From contig JBDKRP010000130.1 of NCBI GenBank assembly GCA_039683275.1, forward strand, positions 839 to 64,838: a stretch of 64,000 nucleotides of DNA. The letters are read 5' to 3'. The DNA comes from Methanoregulaceae archaeon. Lineage in GTDB: Archaea > Halobacteriota > Methanomicrobia > Methanomicrobiales > Methanospirillaceae. This document shows, one piece after another, positions 45,841-55,659 of this stretch. The notes under the pieces were generated by a model, which worked only from the letters and a program-made list of their open reading frames with translations, searched no databases and had not been told where the DNA came from. A program made the translations under genes and the position numbers. The first letter of the stretch is position 1, and every line of letters begins with the position of its first letter.

Positions 45841-46731
45841 CTACACATTCACGTGCAGTACGATCCTGACCAGGATACCAATTATGAACGAAACTGCGGC
45901 AACCCCGAGGCTGATTGCTGCCATCTCTGCGAACCTGCGCCAGAACGGGAGGTTCCGGGCGACCGAGAGGTAATAGGTAAAGCAGAGGATGATGAGGATT
46001 GCTGCGGTTAAGGTGACCGGGAGCGCTGCGTACGGGTTGTTCAGGAGAAGATAAGGAGTAACCAGGAGAACGACGGTGACAACGTATGCGGCACAGGTAT
46101 AGATAGCAGCTTTCTTCGGGTTCACACCGCCGTCAGGAGCGGTATCCGACCGCTGGGAGAGGTACTCGGATGCCCCCATCGAGAGGGAGGCCGCAACTCC
46201 CATCACGACGCCGGTAACCGCTATGAGTTTACTGTCCTGCAGGGCAAACGTGAACCCTGCGAGCGCCCCGGTGAACTCGACGATGGCATCGTTCAGCCCG
46301 AGAACGACCGAGCCCATGTACCGGAGCCGGTCCTCGTCCAGCATCCCGAGAATCTCATCCTCGTGCTTTGCCTCTGTTGCAACGACAGCCGGTGCTTCCG
46401 GGATGGCTGCAAGAATTCGCGGGTCCATCTGCCGGGCACCTTTCTCCCGGTTCTCCATGAGACGGAACGCAAAGGTAAGGCCGAGTGTCTTCGCGAGGAA
46501 CAGGTACCAGACGAGCCGAATCCGGTCCGGCCGGACATCTATCCCGGTATACCGTTTCCAGAGCTCGTAGTGCCCGTCCTCTTCATCTGCAATCTGTTTC
46601 AGGACTGCACGGTTGTGGGGATCGCGTGTTGCACGGGCTATGCTCCGGTAGATCTCCCGTTCGGTTATCTCGTCACGCTGGTATACGAGCAGTATCCTGC
46701 GATGGTCAGGGGGTATCGTTTTCGCTGTCAT
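45841..46731 (-). CDS. VIT1/CCC1-family iron transporter with N-terminal ferritin/rubrerythrin-like domain
   Basis: ORF trimmed to MTAKTIPPDHRR.... It has the ferritin-like EITEREIYRSIA...ADEEDGHYELW and VIT1 membrane motifs VLGLNDAIVEFTGALAG and SMGASEYLS. Confidence 0.8.
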   Translation of the reverse strand: MTAKTIPPDHRRILLVYQRDEITEREIYRSIARATRDPHNRAVLKQIADEEDGHYELWKRYTGIDVRPDRIRLVWYLFLAKTLGLTFAFRLMENREKGARQMDPRILAAIPEAPAVVATEAKHEDEILGMLDEDRLRYMGSVVLGLNDAIVEFTGALAGFTFALQDSKLIAVTGVVMGVAASLSMGASEYLSQRSDTAPDGGVNPKKAAIYTCAAYVVTVVLLVTPYLLLNNPYAALPVTLTAAILIILCFTYYLSVARNLPFWRRFAEMAAISLGVAAVSFIIGILVRIVLHVNV

Positions 46732-48925
46732 AGGTATCTTCCGGATCTTCCGGTAATTCCGACCCTGACACTCCCGGGTTCCGCAGGGATTCTGCCAGGG
46801 TAAGATATTCCATCGCGTTCCGGAATTCCGAAACGCCATAATAATCGGTCATCACCATCTCCCGGAACATCGGGCCGGGCAGCATCGTCGCAAATTTCCA
46901 GCCCTCCCGGGGCGGGGCTTCCAGGGCCGATTCGATCTCATCCGGCCCGAATGTCAGGATTCGCTCAAGAATTGCCCGCACCAGGTCCGGGTTTCCTGCT
47001 CCTTTTCGTTTTCCCCGGAGGGTAACCACGATATCGTCGTACCCGGCTTGGACCGTGCCCTCCAGTTCGTGGCTCACCAGTGCGCAGAGGATCCGGTTGA
47101 ATCTCCTGCCCCGGAACGTGAGGATCCGGGTCTCTTCCGCTCCTGCGGTCTTATCAGAGGATGTGCCGGATGACTTTTCAGAGGATACGTGCAGGCGCCC
47201 GTGGCAGAGTCCTTTGGGCAGGGCTGCAATCGCCGCATGAAGCAGTTCCCGGTCTTTCTCCCCGAAAGGAAGACCGGCCTCCCCGGCTGCGACGATCTGG
47301 AGAACCGCATCGCAGATCAGGAGGGAAAATCCGACCTCTCCCCCGGTCCAGAAGACCCGCGACTTCTGGCCGGAGCCGGGAACCACGACTACAACATTCC
47401 GGTCCTCGTCGCACTTCACCACCTGCCAGTTCGATCCCCCGAGCGAGAAGTCCTGGGCACCCCTGCTGCCTACGAACCGGGCATCCAGCGTCCCGACCAC
47501 GTCCCCGTCCGGAGTCACGGCCCGGTATTCCCCGCCACCTGGGATGACTGAATAGATATCTTTCCAGTTGGATCGCCCGAATTCGGTTTCGGCCCTCGTC
47601 CCGGTCATCAGCATGTCCCCGTCAGTCACGAAATATCCTTCCCGTACAAGGTGGTTAAGAAGTGCATCAAACGTCTCCTGCCCGACTGTGCGGAACGGAG
47701 TGAGCGGCAGGACCTCCCGGGCAAGATACCGGCGGGATATCCTTCCACCCTTCTGGATAATGACCAGCATCTGCTGGAGGAGGACGCTGTACGGGAATTT
47801 TGGGGGCGTGAGTGGTTCGACCCGGCGCTGCGCAGCGCAGATGAGAATCGCTGCACTGAACAGCATATCCATCGGGTTTTCGAGCACCCAGGCGACATAT
47901 GCAGCCCGGGACCTCCGTCCTGTCCTTCCCATCCGCTGAAGGAAGGAGGAGACCGAGTTCGGGGGGCCGATCTGGACCGCCACGTCAAGATCCCCGATAT
48001 CAATCCCGAGTTCGAGCGTGCTCGTGCAGATGATGCAGCCCCCTTCCGGCCCGGTGATGACCTCTTCGGCAGCTTTCCGGAGTTCTGGCGAGAGGGACGA
48101 ATGATGGACCGAGAGGTTCCTGACAACCCCTTTCAGGGCCTTTGCGATTCGCTCTGCGTCCGATCTGCTGTTCACAAAGACCAGGGCTTTCTTGCCTGCA
48201 ACGATCCGTGCTATTGCGGCCATCCTCCGGTCTTCGTCCGGTTCTACTGTGAAGGTGAACCGCTTTTCCCGGGGAGGTGCAGGTACGCTGACGATCTCCT
48301 TCTCCCGGGTATCCCCGGTGAACCAGTCGAGGATCTCGCCCGGGTTCCCGACTGTCGCTGATAGCCCGATCCGCTGGATTGTCCGGCCTGCGAGACGGTC
48401 CAGGCGGTCCAGGAGGCAAAGGAGCTGGGCCCCCCGCTCGGTATCCGCGAACGCATGGACTTCGTCAACGAGGATATACCGGAGATTGGCGAGATCCGGA
48501 GTGATCCCGCCTTCCATCAGGAGTACTTCGAGTGACTCGGGGGTGATGAGGAGGATATGAGGGGGCTCCCCTTCCTTCCAGAACCTGCTCCCCTTCGGTA
48601 CGTCTCCGTGCCATTTCCGGACCGAGAACCCTGCCGGTGTGCAGAGCGTGACGAGCCGCTCCTCCTGGTCGTTGATGAGTGCTTTTAACGGAGAGAGGTA
48701 CAGGCATGCGACCCCGGGATACCCGTTTTTCAGGATGCCGTCCAGAATCGGGATCAGGGCGGCTTCCGATTTCCCCCCTGCGGTCGGTGCGGTGACAAGG
48801 ACCGACTGTCCCCTGGAGATGGGCCCGAATGCGGCTTCCTGGACTTCCCGGAGCTCATTCCATCCCATTTGCTGGACCAGCACCTGCTGGAGGGTGCCGT
48901 GCAGTTCCCGGAACGCCGATGGCAT
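46706..48925 (-). CDS. Lhr-like DEAD/DEAH-box (superfamily 2) helicase
   Basis: ORF trimmed to MPSAFRELHGTLQ.... It has motif I APTAGGKSEAA, motif II DEVH, motif VI QRMGRTGRR and a long C-terminal extension. The 3' end overlaps the VIT1 start by 26 nt. Confidence 0.85.
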   Translation of the reverse strand: MPSAFRELHGTLQQVLVQQMGWNELREVQEAAFGPISRGQSVLVTAPTAGGKSEAALIPILDGILKNGYPGVACLYLSPLKALINDQEERLVTLCTPAGFSVRKWHGDVPKGSRFWKEGEPPHILLITPESLEVLLMEGGITPDLANLRYILVDEVHAFADTERGAQLLCLLDRLDRLAGRTIQRIGLSATVGNPGEILDWFTGDTREKEIVSVPAPPREKRFTFTVEPDEDRRMAAIARIVAGKKALVFVNSRSDAERIAKALKGVVRNLSVHHSSLSPELRKAAEEVITGPEGGCIICTSTLELGIDIGDLDVAVQIGPPNSVSSFLQRMGRTGRRSRAAYVAWVLENPMDMLFSAAILICAAQRRVEPLTPPKFPYSVLLQQMLVIIQKGGRISRRYLAREVLPLTPFRTVGQETFDALLNHLVREGYFVTDGDMLMTGTRAETEFGRSNWKDIYSVIPGGGEYRAVTPDGDVVGTLDARFVGSRGAQDFSLGGSNWQVVKCDEDRNVVVVVPGSGQKSRVFWTGGEVGFSLLICDAVLQIVAAGEAGLPFGEKDRELLHAAIAALPKGLCHGRLHVSSEKSSGTSSDKTAGAEETRILTFRGRRFNRILCALVSHELEGTVQAGYDDIVVTLRGKRKGAGNPDLVRAILERILTFGPDEIESALEAPPREGWKFATMLPGPMFREMVMTDYYGVSEFRNAMEYLTLAESLRNPGVSGSELPEDPEDTYDSENDTP

Positions 48926-49096
48926 ATGAGAAGAGGATTGGTGGGACGGGGTTATGGCTTTTGGGTTCGCGGGGTGGAAGTGCCGGACCCCCCCTGATGA
49001 CCGGACCATATCCCGGGTCACACTGCAATACTTTCCCGGAGAGCAGGTTTTATTATTTGACTGCCAAGTCTACCACAGAGAATTCCTGCCCCAATC

Positions 49097-49900
49097 ATGA
49101 CAAAAAACCCGGTGAAAACTGTACGCGTCGGTGACGTCGCTATTGCGTACCAGGATTCCGGTTCCGGCTATCCGCTGATCCTGATAAACGGTTTTGCCTC
49201 AACGATGGACACATGGAATCCCCCGGTCCTTACAGCGCTCCGGGAACGCTTCCGGGTTCTTGTTTTCGATAACCGGGGCACCGGGTATTCTTCACCCTCG
49301 GATAAAGAGTTCTCCATCCCGCTCTTTGCGGAGGATACCGCATTGCTCATGGATGCTCTCGGAATCGGGAAAGCCAATATTCTCGGTTTCTCGATGGGAG
49401 CCGCAATTGCACTGGATCTTGCGATCTCCCGGCCGGAACGGGTGGACAAGCTTGTCCTGGTTTCCGGATCGGGCGGGGGAGCGGAGGTACAGGCAGCCAA
49501 ACCGGAGATCTGGGCAAAACTCATGGATAGGCGCGGGACTCCGTCCGAGATTGCGGACCGGATGTTCTCCCTTATCTTTCCCCCGGAATGGCTCCGGGAG
49601 CACCCGGATCCCTGGGCGTACTGTCCGGCCATCCGGGAAACAACAAGCGAAGAGATCGCCGCCCGCCAGATTGCCGCATTCACTGGCTGGAGAGGAGGTT
49701 CCGGGAGGCTCGGGACGATCTCGTCAGCAACCCTGCTCATCACCGGAACTGATGATGCGATCATCCCTCCTGCCAACTCGCTCATGATTGCATCGAGGAT
49801 TCCCGGAGCCAGGGTCATCGAATTTGAAGGAGCCGGCCATGGACTCATGTACCAGGTTCCGGACCGGTTCTGTGAAGCAGTCCTGGATTTTCTGGGATAG
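49097..49900 (+). CDS. Alpha/beta-fold hydrolase
   Basis: 267 aa with nucleophile elbow GFSMGAAIA, an HG-type oxyanion region (LILINGF) and a C-terminal GAGHGLM. Confidence 0.85.
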   Translation: MTKNPVKTVRVGDVAIAYQDSGSGYPLILINGFASTMDTWNPPVLTALRERFRVLVFDNRGTGYSSPSDKEFSIPLFAEDTALLMDALGIGKANILGFSMGAAIALDLAISRPERVDKLVLVSGSGGGAEVQAAKPEIWAKLMDRRGTPSEIADRMFSLIFPPEWLREHPDPWAYCPAIRETTSEEIAARQIAAFTGWRGGSGRLGTISSATLLITGTDDAIIPPANSLMIASRIPGARVIEFEGAGHGLMYQVPDRFCEAVLDFLG

Positions 49901-50064
49901 CGGGGAGTCCCCTGCGGTGCACGGATTCAGATTCCGCTGCGGAACTCCGGTCACCTGCACCTTCCGGGAAATTTATCCTGCTCGTTTCGCTCTTTCCACC
50001 CCGATCCAACCCTAATTAACAATTTCCCCCCATCCGCACCAGATTCCAACCGGATTTCGCCAGA

Positions 50065-50072
50065 TTTATATA
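50065..50072 (+). promoter_or_regulatory. Candidate TATA box upstream of the symporter unit
   Basis: TTTATATA lies about 165 nt upstream of the first ATG (50236), implying an unusually long leader. Confidence 0.35.
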
Positions 50073-50235
50073 TTCCGGTATGCTATTTAGTGACAAGGTA
50101 AACTGATGCCCGGAGAACTCGGCCGCATCCCGGTGGTCAACACAACCGCATTTTTCTTTATCTTTCGTTAGGGGACCTGCTGTTTAGCAGGCTCCCCGTG
50201 TATTGATCGCCTCCTGTTTACCAGAGGTTTTCCTC

Positions 50236-50367
50236 ATGTTCTCAGTGTTTGGTATTCCGGATCCCCAGATCTGGATTGGTTACGGGCTCTCCATCGGGTT
50301 TGCCCTTGCATGCATACTGTACGGTCTTTTGAACTGGAACCACGGGGGAGAAGAGCGTGGCAGTTGA
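50236..50367 (+). CDS. Symporter small accessory protein (43 aa, single TM)
   Basis: Hand-translated: MFSVFGIPDPQIWIGYGLSIGFALACILYGLLNWNHGGEERGS*. Its stop overlaps the GTG start region of the symporter (50357). It is below the ORF-track cutoff. Confidence 0.55.
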   Translation: MFSVFGIPDPQIWIGYGLSIGFALACILYGLLNWNHGGEERGS

Positions 50368-51937
50368 CACCCTGACGATGGCGGCAATCGTCCTCGTCTA
50401 TGTCGCAATCACGATTTTCCTCGGCTGGCTTGGGTACAAAAAGACGAAACACGCCGAAGATTACCTGGTCGCCGGGCGATGCAGCCACCCGGTCATCATC
50501 GCCCTCTCGTACGGGGCTACCTTTATTTCGACCTCCGCTATCGTCGGGTTCGGCGGTATGGCCGCGAACCTCGGTATGGGCCTCATCTGGCTCACGGTCT
50601 TCAACATCGGGATCGGTATCCTTCTCGCCTTCGTTCTCTTCGGCAAGAAGACCCGGGAGATAGGCCTCCGGACAAATGCGGTCACTTTCCCGGACCTGAT
50701 GGGGAAGATCTACAAGTCCCCGCTCCTCCAGTACATCAGCGGCTTCATCATCATTATCGGAATGCCGCTCTACACCGCCGCTATCCTGATAGGCGGCGCC
50801 CGGTTCCTGGAGCCGACCCTCAACATCCCGTACACCACTTCGCTCCTGATCTTTGCTGTAATTGTTGGCGTGTACGTGATTTACGGGGGCCTCATTGCCG
50901 TTATGTACACCGATGCCTTCCAGGGCACGATCATGCTGGTTGGCATGACCGCACTCCTCGTCCTGACCTACATCGCGGTCGGCGGGGTTACCGCAGGGAA
51001 TACCGCCCTCACGAACATGGCGGATCTCGTCCCGAAAGCTCTCGCTTCCCAGGGGATGACCGGTTGGACCACGATGCCGGATCTTGGTTCACCCATCTGG
51101 TTCACGCTCGTCACAACCCTCGTTCTCGGGGTGGGTATCGGTGTTCTCGCCCAGCCCCAGCTTGTGGTGAGGTTCATGACTGCAAAAGATGACAAATCCC
51201 TCAACCGTGCAATCCTTGTCGGGGGACCGTTTATCCTCATGATGACCGGGGTTGCCTTTACGGTAGGGGCGCTCTCAAACGTTTACTTCTTCCAGCACTC
51301 CGGGCAGATAGCGATCGATGCTGCCGGGGGGAACGTCGACCTGATTATGCCGGTCTTCATCAATCAGGCAATGCCGGACCTCTTCATTGTCATCTTCATG
51401 CTGAGCCTTCTTGCGGCTGCGATGTCAACCCTGAGTTCGCTCTATCATGCAATGGGAACAGCCCTCATCTGCGATCTCTGGGGGCGGGGAAAAAAATGCG
51501 CCCTCTCCCTCCGGGCTAACCAGATAGGTGTATTCATCATGATGATCGCAAGTCTCGGCCTTGCCTTCCTGATGCCGGGCAGCATCATCGCCCGGGCAAC
51601 AGCGATGTTCATGGGACTCTGCGCATCGGCATTCCTGCCTGCATTCGCAATCGGGATATATGCAAAAAGGCCTTCGACCCGTGCTGCGATAGCAAGCATG
51701 ATTGTCGGTGCAGCTGTCTGGTTTCTCTGGACCGCGTTTGTCCATGCCGCGGAAGCAAAACCTCTCGGTCTCTGCCAGTTCATCTTCGGGAAAGCTGCCC
51801 TCCTTGGCCTGCCCTGGTCGGTTATCGATCCCTTGGTGATTGCGCTTCCGCTTTCGCTCATCACGATCATCTGCCTGCAGTACTATGATTCAGGACGGGC
51901 TCCCCGGGGAGAACCTGCCGCTGCACCCAACCAGTGA
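50357..51937 (+). CDS. Sodium:solute symporter (SSS family)
   Basis: 526 aa with about 13-14 TM segments and the typical N-terminus ...FLGWLGYKKTKHAEDYLVAGR. GTG start. Confidence 0.9.
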   Translation: MAVDTLTMAAIVLVYVAITIFLGWLGYKKTKHAEDYLVAGRCSHPVIIALSYGATFISTSAIVGFGGMAANLGMGLIWLTVFNIGIGILLAFVLFGKKTREIGLRTNAVTFPDLMGKIYKSPLLQYISGFIIIIGMPLYTAAILIGGARFLEPTLNIPYTTSLLIFAVIVGVYVIYGGLIAVMYTDAFQGTIMLVGMTALLVLTYIAVGGVTAGNTALTNMADLVPKALASQGMTGWTTMPDLGSPIWFTLVTTLVLGVGIGVLAQPQLVVRFMTAKDDKSLNRAILVGGPFILMMTGVAFTVGALSNVYFFQHSGQIAIDAAGGNVDLIMPVFINQAMPDLFIVIFMLSLLAAAMSTLSSLYHAMGTALICDLWGRGKKCALSLRANQIGVFIMMIASLGLAFLMPGSIIARATAMFMGLCASAFLPAFAIGIYAKRPSTRAAIASMIVGAAVWFLWTAFVHAAEAKPLGLCQFIFGKAALLGLPWSVIDPLVIALPLSLITIICLQYYDSGRAPRGEPAAAPNQ

Positions 51938-51998
51938 CCCGGTCACTTCCGGGACCCCCGAAGAAACCTTTTTTGGTACCCTGCCTAACCGGATTGTT

Positions 51999-52382
51999 AT
52001 GACGGAACCTGGACTTGCAAATCAGTCCCTCACCACCTACAAGACAGGGACACCCCCGATGATCCGGAAAGAAGTCACGGAACGCATTCGCGATATCCCC
52101 GCCTGGACGCTGGATAATGGTCAGATTACGAAGGTGTTCAGCTTCGCGAACCCGGACCAGGCAGTCGGATTCGTAACGGAAACCCTGCTCTTTGCAAAGG
52201 AAGCCGGACACATCCCGGATATATCCCTGACCCAGGGACGCCATGTCAGAATCTCCTGGTTCACGTACCCGGCAGGAGGACTCACTATGAACGATTTCAT
52301 CATGGCCGCAAAACTCGACGCAAAGACCGCGCCAAAAAAAAGTAAGACGCCGAATCCTGAAGAAAAAACCGGATCAGGATAA
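51999..52382 (+). CDS. Pterin-4a-carbinolamine dehydratase-like protein
   Basis: ORF trimmed to MTEPGLANQ... (alternative start at 52059, MIRKEV). The PCD core reads AWTLDNGQITKVFSF...AGHIPDISL...GGLTMNDFIMAAKLD. Confidence 0.75.
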   Translation: MTEPGLANQSLTTYKTGTPPMIRKEVTERIRDIPAWTLDNGQITKVFSFANPDQAVGFVTETLLFAKEAGHIPDISLTQGRHVRISWFTYPAGGLTMNDFIMAAKLDAKTAPKKSKTPNPEEKTGSG

Positions 52383-52775
52383 CCCGAACGCTTTTTTGAT
52401 CTGGTCCCGGAATGCGTCTTTCGGGTACGCGCCTATGATCTGTCCCACCATCTTACCGCGGGAGTAGAGAATGATCGTCGGGATCGCGGATATGCCGTAT
52501 TGCATCGCGATATTCTGGTTCTCATCGGTATTGCACTTGGCAAAGGTGATCGTTCCTGCAAATTCCCGGGAGAGTTCCTCGACGATAGGGCCTACCCTCC
52601 GGCAGGGTCCGCACCATTCAGCCCAGAAATCGATGACCAGCCGTTCCGAACCCGCGAGGACCTCGCTGAAATTCTGTCCGGTGATCGGGATGACCCCGGC
52701 CGATTTCTTCTGTTCCCGTTGTTCCTGCATCTCCTGCATCCGTTTCTCACGGATCTGGGCAAGATCGTCGTCCAT
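52374..52775 (-). CDS. trxA: Thioredoxin
   Basis: ORF trimmed to MDDDLAQIREKR.... The active site is WAEWCGPCR. Confidence 0.85.
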   Translation of the reverse strand: MDDDLAQIREKRMQEMQEQREQKKSAGVIPITGQNFSEVLAGSERLVIDFWAEWCGPCRRVGPIVEELSREFAGTITFAKCNTDENQNIAMQYGISAIPTIILYSRGKMVGQIIGAYPKDAFRDQIKKAFGLS

Positions 52776-52886
52776 GATTGTCCGTTTGCGGGACAACCAT
52801 TTAATTCCTGTGAATCCGGCATATCCCGACCGGCAAGAGAGCAAACTATATCAGCGCACCGGGTGTATATTATAAACCCGAACGGA

Positions 52887-52961
52887 AGCGAGGTAGGGTA
52901 GTCAGGATATCCCGACGGGCTCATAACCCGTAGACCGATGGTTCAAATCCATCCCTCGCTA
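52887..52961 (+). tRNA. tRNA-Met (CAT), initiator-type
   Basis: Hand-folded. Acceptor AGCGAGG/CCTCGCT (A1:U72), anticodon stem ending in three G:C pairs (CGGG-CTCATAA-CCCG), T arm GATGG-TTCAAAT-CCATC. Confidence 0.9.
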
Positions 52962-53062
52962 CTTCTTTTCACAGAATTTTCCCGCGTACAGGAGCATGTA
53001 AAAAAGCAGGGCCAGCCGGGTTCCGCTTGTCCGCTTCGAAAAATAAGTTGAATGAAAATTGA

Positions 53063-54499
53063 TCAGGCGTCGCCTTTCTCTTTCGTGAACGCTTTTAAGT
53101 GGGATTGGTAGGTTCCGTCGACAAACGTGACCTTCCGCTCGCAGGAGTGTTCCCCATCGATGCAGACCGGATAGCTGGATGTCAGGCATCCGGTGCAGAG
53201 TTTCTCTTCCCTGAATCCGATGGATTCTACGAGGGCTTTCAGAGATATGTGATGAAGGGAATCGGCGGTGATACTTGCCCGCACCTGCTCCTCGTTTTTG
53301 TCGCTTGCGATCAGCTCGGCCCGGGTGGGCAGGTCTACGCCAAGGTAACAGGGGGCCTTGATAGCGGGAGAGCCGATCCGCATATGGATCTTCTTCGCTC
53401 CAGCTTCCCGCATAATCTCGATAATACGCCTGGAGGTGGTGCCCCGCACAATGGAGTCGTCGATAAGGACAACTTCCTTGTCCCGGAGGTGTTCTTTGAT
53501 GGGGTTCAGCTTGATCCGTACCGCCTTTTCCCGTTCCCGTTGGGTGGGCATGATGAACGTCCGTCCCATGTACCGGTTCTTCATCAGGCTCTCGACAAAG
53601 GGAATCTTCGAGCCCTGGGCAAACCCGATAGCGTACGCGGTTCCCGAGTCCGGAACCGCCCCCACGGAATCCGCTTCCACCGGGCATTCCTCGAAGAGTT
53701 TCTTCCCGATATTCCGCCGTACGTCATAGACAAGGACGCCATCAATCACCGCATCGGCACGGGCAAAATAGATGTATTCGAAGATGCAGTGTGCGGTACA
53801 GCTGCAGACCGCAATCTGGGTGGCATGAACGCCATTCTCGTCAAGGCGTACCAGTTCCCCGGGTTTAATGTCCCGGATGAACGTACCGCTCAGGGCATCT
53901 ACGGCAACACTCTCCGAGGCAACCATGTATCCGCCCTGTGTCTTTCCAAGACAGAACGGTTTGATACCGAGGGGGTCCCTGAATGCGTAGATGACCCCGT
54001 TGATCATCATGACGACCGAGTACGAACCCCGGAGCCTGCGCATACAGAGGTGGACGGCATCCTCGATACATCCGGACCGGTTGAGTTCGTCGATTAAGAC
54101 CTTCGCGATGACCTCGGTATCGGTCGTGGTCGTGAAGATCTGCCCCCGCTGCTCATACTCGTGCCGGAGCTCCTGGGTGTTCACCATGTTCCCGTTGTGA
54201 GCGATGGAGATCACGAAGTTCTTGAACCGGAAGTTGAGGGGCTGGATATTCTCGGGAAGGTTCGGTCCCGTGGTCGGGTACCGGACATGCCCGACACCGA
54301 CGTTTCCTTTCAGACCTTGTAAAATAGCGGGTGTAAAAACGTCAGCTACGAGGCCATGCTCCTTGTGTTTATAGAGACATGAGCCCTCGTAGGTTGATAT
54401 TCCCGCGCTCTCCTGGCCACGATGCTGGAGCGCGTACAATGCGTAGTAAAGAGGTAACGATACTCCGCCAGCATCCACGATGCCAACGATACCGCACAT
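53063..54499 (-). CDS. purF: Amidophosphoribosyltransferase
   Basis: 478 aa with N-terminal nucleophile MCGIVGI, PRT loop VVLIDDSIVRGTT and a C-terminal Cys cluster. Confidence 0.95.
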   Translation of the reverse strand: MCGIVGIVDAGGVSLPLYYALYALQHRGQESAGISTYEGSCLYKHKEHGLVADVFTPAILQGLKGNVGVGHVRYPTTGPNLPENIQPLNFRFKNFVISIAHNGNMVNTQELRHEYEQRGQIFTTTTDTEVIAKVLIDELNRSGCIEDAVHLCMRRLRGSYSVVMMINGVIYAFRDPLGIKPFCLGKTQGGYMVASESVAVDALSGTFIRDIKPGELVRLDENGVHATQIAVCSCTAHCIFEYIYFARADAVIDGVLVYDVRRNIGKKLFEECPVEADSVGAVPDSGTAYAIGFAQGSKIPFVESLMKNRYMGRTFIMPTQREREKAVRIKLNPIKEHLRDKEVVLIDDSIVRGTTSRRIIEIMREAGAKKIHMRIGSPAIKAPCYLGVDLPTRAELIASDKNEEQVRASITADSLHHISLKALVESIGFREEKLCTGCLTSSYPVCIDGEHSCERKVTFVDGTYQSHLKAFTKEKGDA

Positions 54500-54508
54500 G
54501 TTCCTACT

Positions 54509-54691
54509 CTAATGGGTGGGTTCTCTTGGTCTCTTCGTAACCCAGCGGTACCCGCGAATACGGGTACTCCGTCCGAAGCCGCAAGCCGAGCAGACTTTGT
54601 GTCTTCGGTGGTAGGAGATACTTCCACAGCGCCTGCAGACGATGTGGGTCTTCTTGTTCCGCTTCCCCATTGATGGCGTGCCTTTTGTCAT
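54509..54691 (-). CDS. rpl37e: 50S ribosomal protein L37e
   Basis: 60 aa [23 protein letters not shown]...CSACGFG, with the classic L37e zinc ribbon. Confidence 0.95.
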   Translation of the reverse strand: MTKGTPSMGKRNKKTHIVCRRCGSISYHRRHKVCSACGFGRSTRIRGYRWVTKRPREPTH

Positions 54692-54703
54692 ATGAAATCA
54701 CCT

Positions 54704-54985
<282 letters not shown>

Positions 54986-55072
54986 TTAAACATACCGTAG
55001 ATGCCGGGCCCGCGAGCCATTGCGCCGGTGGAAACCTTTTCTTTTCTGGCAGCCGATGGTACAGCGAGAGCG

Positions 55073-55570
55073 ATGGGCAAGATAATCATAAAGAAACGCC
55101 ATTCGGTGCGCAAATCCCAGGTTACCGACATTCTCCGGTCGCTGGAAGCTGAGATCGGACCCTCGGCTGAGCTCTTCAAGGGGGCTCAACTCGAGATCGC
55201 GGAAACAACTTGCCAGTACCAGCTCTACCTCGTTGATAAGCAGCCACTCGTCTTTTCCGGTGAGAACTGGGTCTTTCCCACGCTGAAGGGTGCGATCTCG
55301 CGATCGTTTCCGGAGCGGCGGGTCACGGTCGATATGGGTGCCGTGAAATTCGTCGTGAACGGTGCCGACATCATGCGCCCGGGAATAACAGGTGTTTCTG
55401 ATGATGTCCTTGCAGGACGGCCGGTGCAGATCGTGGAAGAACGGCATGGGAAACCCCTGGCAATCGGTATCGCCCTCTTCGATGCGGCGGCAATGCGGGA
55501 GCAGCGGCAGGGAAAGATGGTGAAGACCCTCCACTTTGTGGGGGACGAGATCTGGAATCTTGAATTCTGA
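55073..55570 (+). CDS. PUA-domain RNA-binding protein (MCT-1/Tma20-like)
   Basis: ORF trimmed to MGKIIIKKRH.... The PUA core reads VDMGAVKFVVNGADIMRPGI...GKPLAIGIAL. Confidence 0.8.
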   Translation: MGKIIIKKRHSVRKSQVTDILRSLEAEIGPSAELFKGAQLEIAETTCQYQLYLVDKQPLVFSGENWVFPTLKGAISRSFPERRVTVDMGAVKFVVNGADIMRPGITGVSDDVLAGRPVQIVEERHGKPLAIGIALFDAAAMREQRQGKMVKTLHFVGDEIWNLEF

Positions 55571-55659
55571 GGGGTTTTCCGCAATTTTGCCCATCTTTTT
55601 CGGGCCCGGGAGTCTTCCGGACAGATACTATTAAATAAAATTCAATATACAGTTTTTTT

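Noticed and set aside
50106-50171. 21-codon upstream ORF (MPGELGRIPVVNTTAFFFIFR) in the symporter leader
   Set aside because: It is too short and has no SD. It is mentioned only as part of the leader and not supported as a gene.
53099-54097. 332-aa plus-strand ORF (and 52959-53687 minus in another frame) over purF
   Set aside because: It lies within or antisense to purF, whose product has the Ntn-Cys and PRT motifs.
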